NCBI GenBank assembly: GCA_010405405.1
Contig: MU004232.1
Location: 241,169 to 261,168, forward strand
DNA length: 20,000 nucleotides
Reading direction: 5' to 3'
Source: Microthyrium microscopicum
Taxonomy: Eukaryota
Position 1 is the first letter of the stretch. The number at the start of each line of letters is the position of its first letter. Below the pieces are notes generated by a model. It saw only the letters and a list, made by a program, of their open reading frames with translations. It was not told the origin of the DNA and did no database searches. Both the position numbers and the translations under genes were made by a program. This document shows positions 11,084-20,000 of this stretch, piece after piece.

Positions 11084-12328
11084 ATGCCCGCAACTACATC
11101 AGAAACCCTCGATCTCGTCAGCCGGACCGTTTCCATCGCCCCACTCGTCCTCTTGTCAGTCGCTGACCACTACGAACGCTCTGCAAAGGGAACCAAGAAG
11201 CGGGTTGTCGGTGTGCTACTGGGACAAAATGATTCCAAGGGCGTGAGAGTATCTAACAGCTTTGGAGGTTAGTTTGTACCTGGTCAAGAGCTTTTATAAG
11301 CTTGTACAAGCTTCAATGCTTGATTGTGTGAGAGGCTACGAAGTTGAAGCTAACACGCATCTCCAGTTCCTTTCGAAGAGGAGGAAAAGGACCCATCCGT
11401 CTGGTTCCTTGACCACAACTATGTTGAGTCAATGAATGACATGTTCAAGAAAGTCAATGCTAGAGAACGGCTCATCGGCTGGTATCATTCGGGCCCAAAG
11501 TTGAGAGCTTCCGATCTCCAAGTCAACGAATTATTCAAACGATACACACCCAATCCGCTGCTCGTAATTATTGATGTACAGCCCAAAGAAGTCGGTGTGC
11601 CAACAGATGCCTACTTTGCCGTAGAAGAAATCAAAGATGTAAGTTTGACACCGTCATCATATACCAGCTTCTAATGTATACTCTAGGATGGCACAACAAC
11701 CTCCAAAACCTTCCTTCATACCCCGTCCATAATAGAAGCAGAAGAAGCAGAAGAGATCGGAGTCGAACATCTTCTACGCGACATCCGCGACGTTGCCGTC
11801 GGCACCCTTTCCACCCGCATAACCTCTCAACTCCAATCCCTTCAAGGTCTCCACCTTCGACTCCGCGACATTGGCACCTACCTCCAAAAGGTGCTCAACA
11901 AAGAACTTCCCGTCAACCACGCTATCCTCGGCAACCTTCAAGACGTCTTCAACCTCCTCCCCAACCTCGGCACCGCACCACTCAAAGCCGGCGCTGCACC
12001 ACCAGACGCCGACACACATGGCGAGCTTGCGCGCGCAATGAGCATCAAAACAAATGACCAGCTCATGGCCATCTACCTGTCTAGCTTAATTCGAGCCATC
12101 ACCGCTTTCCACGATCTCATTGAGAACAAGATTCAGAACCGGCAACAACAGGAAGACAAGGATACAGGGTCTGGCGCGGAGAAGGATGGAAAGGACAAGG
12201 AGAAAGACAAGGTCAACGGCGAGAAGGAGGATGGTGAGAAAAAGGCCAATGGCGTCAATGGCCAGGCCAAGAGTGATGAGAAGGATAAGAATGGCTCAGC
12301 CAAGGGGGGTAAAGGAAAAGGTAGTTAG
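11084..12328 (+). CDS. RPN8: 26S proteasome lid subunit Rpn8 (non-catalytic MPN domain), about 365 aa; exons 11084-11267, 11367-11638, 11687-12328
   Basis: Motifs: [119 protein letters not shown] and a K/E-rich tail. Introns at 11268-11366 and 11639-11686 give a 1098-nt CDS. Confidence 0.97.
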
Positions 12329-12490
12329 AGATGCGTATGATATAATGTGCATAATTAGAGTCAATTCAAGCATTGCTTCGGCGCTGCTTGTTTAATGCTG
12401 AAGGCTCTACTACTGTGCCATCGCCGCTGTAGTCGCCATGTACTCCCTACATTTCCTGACCTCTGGAACGCCTCGCATATCTCAAATATC

Positions 12491-13138
12491 TCATCCTCCC
12501 CAACCAGCAGCCCACCCAGCCATCTCCTCCACGCCCACAATCTTTTCTTCTACGCCTTGTCCCATCCGCTCTGCCAAGACGACCGCCAGGAGATGTTTGC
12601 AAATCGGAACTCTCTGACCTCTTGACAGACCACCAAACTTCACACTATCCCCATCTCCGATGTTCTCTCCTTCGTCAACCTCTCCGTCATCCGTGCCTCC
12701 TTCGTCGGTCCCGAATCCACCAGCTGGAAAAGCAGAGAACGCAAAAGCCGGACAGGTACAATTCCACGCGACCGGCTCAACGCGATAATGCGCGCCGAAT
12801 GCGTCCGTGAAGCGGCCAGATGGTTGGGTTGAGCGGACGAGGTATGCCGTCACTGCTGAAGTAGTCCCTGGGGCCGCGGCATCTGGGTCAATAGGCTCGT
12901 TGACCGCAGTGAGCTCTTCAGTGGTAGTGACCTGTTCAGTGGGCACGTTGGAGAGAACAAGGCGGGTGATGAGTTTCCGATCAATGATATCCAGAGCGGG
13001 CAGGAATTCGTTGGGAAAGAGGACGTGGAAGGTGAGCAGATGTGTCTTGGTCGTTGACAGGAGAGCTGATGGAGTCGGTGAGGAGGGGAGAGTAGTTAGG
13101 AGGGTAGTTAGCAGGGCGCGGGGCGTTGGCAGGGTCAT
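12491..13138 (-). CDS. SWS1: SWIM zinc-finger protein, Sws1/Shu2/ZSWIM7-like (Shu complex, homologous recombination), 215 aa, intronless
   Basis: WNCTCPAF...PICKHLLAVVL is a CxC-xn-CxH SWIM motif with the conserved F. The N-terminal LLTFHVLFPNEFLPALDIIDR helix is typical of the family as I recall it. Confidence 0.75.
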   Translation of the reverse strand: MTLPTPRALLTTLLTTLPSSPTPSALLSTTKTHLLTFHVLFPNEFLPALDIIDRKLITRLVLSNVPTEQVTTTEELTAVNEPIDPDAAAPGTTSAVTAYLVRSTQPSGRFTDAFGAHYRVEPVAWNCTCPAFAFSAFPAGGFGTDEGGTDDGEVDEGENIGDGDSVKFGGLSRGQRVPICKHLLAVVLAERMGQGVEEKIVGVEEMAGWAAGWGG

Positions 13139-16100
13139 TGATCGGTTTATTGGGTGCTTCGTGATGCCGATTGTCTGGGTGGATGATGATGTTGCTAGAT
13201 ATGCGGATTCTCCATGCTTTCTCAGCGCAATTTTGGCTTTTCCGCTTCACAATATAGCCTGCGTGTCATCACTCTGATTTCGATCTCTTATTGATTCTTC
13301 AGTGGGCAAAATTATGCTTCGTTCATTTCAGTGTTGACTGTTGATGAGATGATGAGTCTCATGGGATGAAGTTGGATGGAGTGGAGACATTGACTTCAAC
13401 TTTGGTTCGCGCTTCATCTTGTTCAGAGCAAAATGCAAAATATCATGGTCAAAGTCATATAAAATATTAATGTGGTTCATGTTTCTATTATAATATTCCG
13501 TGCCTCCAGAACTCACAATGAGCTTTAAAAATCTTGAAAAGTGTAGAAATTCACTTTATTTGAACAGTGTAAAGGCTTCATTGACAGCTTCCATGATACA
13601 GCCTCAATCTCACTATCAAAAACCATAATTGGAAAAACAATCTCTTAATTATGCTGCGACCTAATAGCAAGAAGTTGGAAACGTCGTCACATGCGACTAG
13701 AGCAGGAAATTTCTAGTTCTTAAAGTTGATTGATGTCCCAGGCGATCTCATGCTGGTAGCATCGGTCCATTATTTTAGCTGTTTGACAGTACAATCACTG
13801 ACACATAATTGCTCATATTTCACCCGAGAAGGTCCGATTGGAACACATTCATTGAACACTGGATCCAAATACCCAAAAACCCAATGGTGGGCTGAAGCAA
13901 AGATGTGTATTTGGTAGACAATCTCACAGAGCTTGCAATGGATCGTGTTTACCTCTGCCAGACTATCGAGTCAACTCTTCGCTCCACCGTCACCGCTACT
14001 TTGAGTCATATGCGGAGAAGACCGCCTAGAATAACTCTCTGCTTCAGTATCAATGGACACTATCTGACTGGCATCCATCGATCAATGCGATACAAACCAG
14101 AGACTGCCAGTCTCTACGGCTAAACAAGGAAGAAAAGGGTACAATGAACTATAGCAAACTATCGATTGACACCTGATTACTGCTAGATTGAAAAACGTCA
14201 TCATTGGACGCGACTTCTACCAAAAAAAATATGCGTTCTCAAGTTTACTGATACTCTAATAATTGGCTGGGACGAAAGAGTGGAGACAATCGGAGAATTC
14301 CCATGGGACCCGGTACCAGTTACTGCATATGCCAAGGCGCAAACCCTTTGTTTTTGGGTTCATTGGGTGATCAGCCGAAAGCATGATACAAGTTGCTTAA
14401 AGAGTTTTGAGCTGATATGATCCTGCGAAAGCAGTTTATCGGAGCAGGCTCCTTAGTCTGCCATTGACTTGTGGTCAGTAGTTCATGCTGGATAAGAATT
14501 ATTGCTGGGCCACCATTATATCGCTAGAAAACCAAGCTAATGAATAGGGAGGTATTACAAGGTTGCAACCCTCGAACAGGAGCTGGTCATTACACTCATG
14601 AGAGCTTGCAATTCGAATCATGGAAAGCGAGATGGGCAAGAAAACCAATGAAACACTAAGTGTTTTCTTGCGATGGGCAAGTGAACTTCAGTTGCCATTT
14701 TCAAAATTAGTATAATTTGGGACCCATTTAACAGTCAGTACCATTTCAAGAAAAACAGTGTAAACAATGATGAAATGTGTGATACATTTCCCAGTACTTA
14801 ATCGAGGACAAGATGTTACCAATCCTCATGAAGGACTTCAGGAATCACAGTCAATAGGGTATGATGTTCTACGTGGCAGTAAGTATACATACTGCCGCTA
14901 TAGGTTGATAAGTTCTCTTCTAATCCTATCTGGCAGGATTTTCGACACTACCTGTTAGGAAGTCGACGCTGTTCAACTAGAGCCGTTGATATTTGATATC
15001 GCAATTATGATGGTTACTCATTTTTCTTCAGAGTATCTGTAGAAAACAAAATGAATACCTCGATGGCTTCGGTAAGAATTACTGACTGGCAATTTAGCCA
15101 GTGATAACAAAATACTCTTGTCTTTAACTTCGACTTGTCCCTGCATAATGACATTGCAGCACCTTTCCAGTATACTCAACACCTTATACTTGACTTGTCC
15201 GCTCATTGCCAATGCTTTAGAAGCTCAGATCCATTACAGCCTAGATCTGATAATGTGCTTCGATAAGGCCAATAGTATCTTTCCACATATCCAGTCTGAT
15301 AAAATCATACCTGCCCAAACCGTCAAACACCAAAATGTATAAATAGACAATAGATTGAAATCCGACAGATTAAACAAACAAAGCGTGATACCCCGCGACC
15401 GTGTGCCCATTGAGTCCAAGTCCAACATCCCCAGCAGTAGATCAATATACACTCCGCGATCGACTTTAGCCCGCGTGATCCGCACCTTGTTTCCCGCCTG
15501 GTGCACCGCTGACAACCCTTCCAACGTCAGATTCGATATATGTGACTGAGTTATAGACAACTCCAATGACCTCGGGTGTGGCCTTGAAACTGGAGCAATG
15601 GGGTCATTGCGTCGGTTTCCCACTGCGTGCGTTTTGATAGTCTGGTAGCATTGCGGAGAGACTGTCAAACACCACCACCCCACATTTTGTCTTTTCATGC
15701 ATTGCGCGGTTGAGAAACATTGTGTGATGCACGCAATACTTACATGTCAAACACGATGCGTTTCTCAGGGTTTATAACAACCCGATATTTCTGGAAAGTC
15801 GTTCAACCCATTGAGATAGCTCCAATCGGAAATGCGTGACAAATTGTCGCGATATCCATGCTATCTGCGCGATCTCGCTGATTGCACTGACATTGACAAC
15901 ACGCTGCTAGATCCTGTCGCAGCACTCATTGATAACAAACGCTCTAGAATCTGGTCAGGGTGCAGGTTAACAGGTCATCTGAGCAGATATCACCACTTGT
16001 GCGGGGGAAGACGTGAGAGTTAGATGTAAGTGATGCGCCACAAAAACCCGCAAGGCTGGGTAAGGTTATCTCTGCGCAGCCGCTTTTAGCTCAACGCCAA

Positions 16101-18341
16101 TCCCGAAGGGTGGTGGGGAATAATCAGGGTGTGGCATGCGCTACAGCAAGGCTGTTTGACCACGGGCCGTCGGCGCGGTACGAGGACTGGATTATCCAGT
16201 AGTTGTTATATTATTGATATGTCTTTGAAAAGTAGAAGGTGCAACTTGCGCACTGTATGATGGGGGTTGACTTGCTAAAAATACGTTTGTGTTGGGCTTC
16301 AGCCTCACGTACCTCGGTGAGTATCTTGATAGATGGGTGAAACCATCAGGCTGGCAGGTCAAGGGGCTGCTCGCATTGAATGATAACAGAGCCATTTCGA
16401 TTGCGATAGTGATCTCTACACACCCGGATCAATAGTAACGTGTCAATGAGGATATCTCAAAGATGGTGAACAGTATCAGAATACGGTCTCGTGTGCTCGT
16501 AATCTAACAATGGGAGAGCGGATGGCTGCCCAACAAGGCATTCAGCTGAGACATTCATATCTTCACATGCTCCATTGGATTGTTACGAGTCCAGTCATCG
16601 CAAATACTTGGACAGGGCCGTATAACGATGCAATTGGGTCATCTGCTGCAGCATTCAAGACAGTCTCGCAGATGACTGGCAGCAGACGGGCAGCATGGAC
16701 GCTAGGCAGGGATACCCTAATCCCATGTGGCTGGTGAATCCAGGCCTCCATCTTGATGACGCCGCCCGAGTTGAGCTTGAAGAGGGTCTGGCTGATTGCG
16801 GGCGAAAGATGAGGGGCAAAGGGTCCATTGGCAATGTATGGGAAGTACCAGTGTAGCCAATGGACCATTGCGCAGTTTATTGTGGTAGGACAAACCTTCA
16901 AAAGACACCGGTCTCTGCCATTGACTCTCATCAAACAAAGCTCTGGAGCGGATCAAGGTGCAGAATAATGCAGATAGCGCCAAATCCCCCTGCCCAGGGC
17001 CCAAAGCATGAGACCAGACAGGGAAATAGCTGCAATCCGGATTCGGCACCTGTACTCTGGGTTGATGCAACATGGCGACAACATGAAGGGCCATTGCCTC
17101 GAGTTAAGAGTCGCGACTTTGTCGCGAGATGAGTTGTAGTAAGTTGGTATGGCCCTTTGACACGTGTGCATTTAACACTAGACGACAGACCGATAGAATC
17201 GGAACCTACCTGCCAATGGCTCTGTGGATCCTCAATGCCAGAGTGTTGGAGGCCAGCGTGCGCGGCAGCTGTTTCGCCATCATTGGTGGTTCTTTGTTCA
17301 ATGGGGCTGCTTGAATCTGGCAGCGCAGCACCAAGTCAGGCTGGACCCCGACTGCAGGGGTTATTCTCACCGATAAACTCAAATTGCCTGAAATGGTAGC
17401 TCGCTCGTAAAAAGCCGGTCATGGACGATTGTCCATTGGAAAAGGATGGTAACGGAGCATCAGAGAGATGGGAGGGGGTAAACTCCTTAACCCCGCGCAA
17501 CAGAGTATAATTGGAAGTTGGATCTGTAGGATTTGGCGTCGCAAAAGCCCCGTATTGCCACGCTGATGAAGGAAACAAATAAAAGTGCATTTCTAAGCGT
17601 AGACGGGTTTGATCAGTTCCAGCGCAATCCGCCGCCGTGCGCAATATACCACGTCAGCTAGAGAATTCATAACGTTAGTAACTCCGTTGTCCGACGGGAG
17701 TGTGCGGAAAGCATTCAATGGAGGTTAGCGATATTGTCAGACAAGATTCAAAGAGTGGTGGCGATCACGTCAACTTCAATTGCCTAATCAAAGCGGCGAT
17801 TGACGAGCTGGGGCGAGATAGTTTTGGTGCTTGGACCGACTCAATGCTGTCTGAAAGGCAAACAAAGAAAAACCCCGTCTTGATTGGCATCTTGAATGGG
17901 GCGTTGGATATCCATGAATGTTGAATGTTGGTGACAATTTGACTGGTCAATGCAATGCTGTCTGGTCCGCAGGGGGCGGCTGTGCCTGTTGCTTGCCTGT
18001 TGTTGCATCGAGACACCCCGACTTTTGGCGCGCTGAATTCAATGCCAATGTCAGTCCTTGATGCCAGCGGCTGCTGCATTTCACAACTCAGGCTTAGAGG
18101 CTGGAGCACTGCATCGTGAATCGTTTGTGATGCTTCGTCCGGAGAATTGTCGTGCAAGGCACATCTGGCGCGACCAGCATTGTAGACCCTTCCATCTCGC
18201 GCTGTCGCAAATCGAGTGCAATCGGTGTGGGGGAAGATTATTGATCACTTACCAGGTCCCGTGGACAAATCAATATGATGGATGACACTTGCTCCAAACT
18301 GGTGCAAGGTTCGCGTTCGATGAAGGTGACCTACGCAACTA

Positions 18342-18506
18342 CCGTTTTCTTCCTTTCAGTTTACGCACCTTAGCGTGCCTATTTGGGTCAGATTTTGATT
18401 TTTCTAGGGACAACCAATCACTAACTCAGAGGACGTCCGCTAAATTTAGTGGCGCCGCGACCCAAATAGGCACGCTAAGGTGCGTAAACTGAAAGGAAGA
18501 AAACGG
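18342..18506. mobile_element. 165-bp MITE (Tc1/mariner-pogo type) with perfect 48-bp TIRs and TA target-site duplication
   Basis: 18342-18389 (ccgttttcttcctttcagtttacgcaccttagcgtgcctatttgggtc) is the exact reverse complement of 18459-18506. TA sits at 18340-18341 and 18507-18508. The spacer is 69 bp and non-coding. Confidence 0.85.
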
Positions 18507-18906
18507 TAGGCGACCACGGTACAGTCTCACTTGAGTGGGTTATTGTAGATTGGAACCACACCCTCTCTCCACGTCTGCTGGGCCGAATTGGCACACACCC
18601 TTTGATGCTGCTTGCGAGATGGGATGGATGGAAGCAGATGCCAAACACCAGCAGACCAGGGCAGCCCTGTCTCTCCCGCAAACAACGCGCACGGAGATGT
18701 TGGAAGTGTTGGAAAGATGGATTCAATGGGTTCCAAGGTTGACTCCTGGCGACATAAATTACAAGGGTTGGATCTGGTAGGATTGATTGATGGATGGGTG
18801 GAAGAAGGAGGAATTGATGAACCAGGCAGCTGCCTAACCGTACTTCGTACTAACAACAACCTACACACTCATAACAGGTACCAATTATCAATTATGCCCC
18901 AATTAC

Positions 18907-20000
18907 CAGGGTTGGTAAACTATTTAGTCTACTCTATTATCAGCCAATACTAGTACTAGACTAGTTTTTTATTTTCAATACTAGTACTAAATAGTATTAG
19001 TATACTCTAGGAATAGTTAATAAATAGACTAGTATTTTCTAATACTAGTTACTAACTAGTAATAATACTATTATAATAACTAGTATTTACTATTATTTAA
19101 TACTAGTTTTTTAAATCTAATAAAAACTATAGCATTCAAACCAGCTAGTTACATAGATTCTAATACTAGTCTTAGTTTTCTTCTCAGACTAACCATTCTA
19201 GGATAAAGTTTAAATTTAGTATTTTTTTAATATTATTTTAGTATTAAAGTTAATTATATAGTCTAGTATTAAGTAAAATAAGCTAAAATTTAGACACTAG
19301 GCTATTAGATTTATAAGAAATAAGAAAAAAAATAAATTAGAGCTATATTTAGTAATTATATATTAGAACGTTAAAAATACGTTATTAAGAACATAAAGTT
19401 ATAGAGATAAATTGTTTAAATAAGATAAGAAAGAATAATAAAGGTAAAAAGATAAAATATAGTAGTTTTACTATAAATCTATATATATTTAGACTCGTTA
19501 TTTTATAAGGAGTCTAACTATAGTATTTTTAGCTAAAAATACTAAGTATATAAAAAGTTATAGAGGTTTCTAGATTAATAAAATATTAAAACTATTATAT
19601 TTTGTAAATATATAGCTATTAAAGCTATAATAGTAGAATATTATATTATATTACTATACTAATATATTATAGTAAATATATAGTATATAGTAAAGCTAAT
19701 TACTAGTCTTATTTAGGCTTAATACTTAAGTTATAAAAAATATCTATATATATTATTTTATTTAATTATTTACGTACTAAGCCTAAATAAGAAACGAATT
19801 CTATATTATTATAAACTATAAACTCTAAGGTACTTATAATATACTTTAAATTTATTATATCTAGTATATAGAATTACTTATACTATATTATAAAAGATTA
19901 GAAAATTAAGATTTTATCTAAAATTAAATTTTATATAAAATAGTTCTAGACTAATATAGTAATATTTCTATATAAAAATATATACTATTAAAGTCTAGAA
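18907..20000. mobile_element. RIP-degraded AT-rich repeat, probably the end of a DNA transposon (hAT-like); continues beyond the window
   Basis: Composition switches abruptly to very AT-rich sequence with abundant TpA/TAG/CTA, scarce CpA/TpG and no ORFs. The block begins with CAGGGTTGG and has clustered AATACTAGT repeats in both orientations in the first 270 bp or so. The RIP call is strong; the hAT assignment is inference. Confidence 0.8.

Noticed and set aside
12807..13277. 156-aa plus-strand ORF and other antisense ORFs over real genes
   Set aside because: Shadow frames of GC-rich coding sequence on the opposite strand.
16095..16200. HDV-like ribozyme (minus-strand UCCUCGU), group IE intron remnant, or telomerase RNA template
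   Set aside because: No P1/P2 pairing for an HDV fold, only fragmentary resemblance to group I motifs, and no TAACCCTAA template.
15234..17171. 120-155 aa ORFs at 15234-15698, 16563-16934 and 16717-17094
   Set aside because: Overlapping ORFs in several frames with random-looking composition and no domains or exon support.
17563..17577. Hammerhead-like CTGATGA..GAAAC
   Set aside because: Only 2 nt separate the core halves (no stem II), and I found no stems I or III.
1..20000. tRNA, 5S rRNA, spliceosomal snRNAs, CRISPR arrays, Starship captain or other transposase genes
   Set aside because: No diagnostic motifs seen by eye. The DNA is eukaryotic, and the tandem repeats present are coding and lack spacers.

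Overview
This window is eukaryotic DNA from a filamentous ascomycete (Pezizomycotina). The evidence is short 48-99 nt GT-AG introns with CTRAY branch sites and a RIP-mutated block. The left 13 kb is gene-dense. It carries four conserved genes: a SLY41-like triose-phosphate/nucleotide-sugar transporter, PEX16, RPN8 and a SWIM-finger SWS1/Shu2-like gene. Between SLY41 and PEX16 lies a divergent pair of orphans. One is a 5-exon secreted protein with a repeated Kex2 (LQRR) pro-region and an amphipathic N-terminal helix. The other is a large, probably nuclear low-complexity protein with a Swc3-like helical module, a 21-bp coding minisatellite and an unexplained in-frame TAG. From about 13.2 to 18.9 kb I find no convincing gene. 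That stretch does hold an intact 165-bp TA-flanked MITE with perfect 48-bp TIRs and some smaller hairpin structures. From 18907 to the end is an AT-rich, RIP-degraded element. It starts with a hAT-like CAGGGTTG terminus and a cluster of AATACTAGT subterminal repeats. All calls come from manual reading and recalled motifs; no searches were run.
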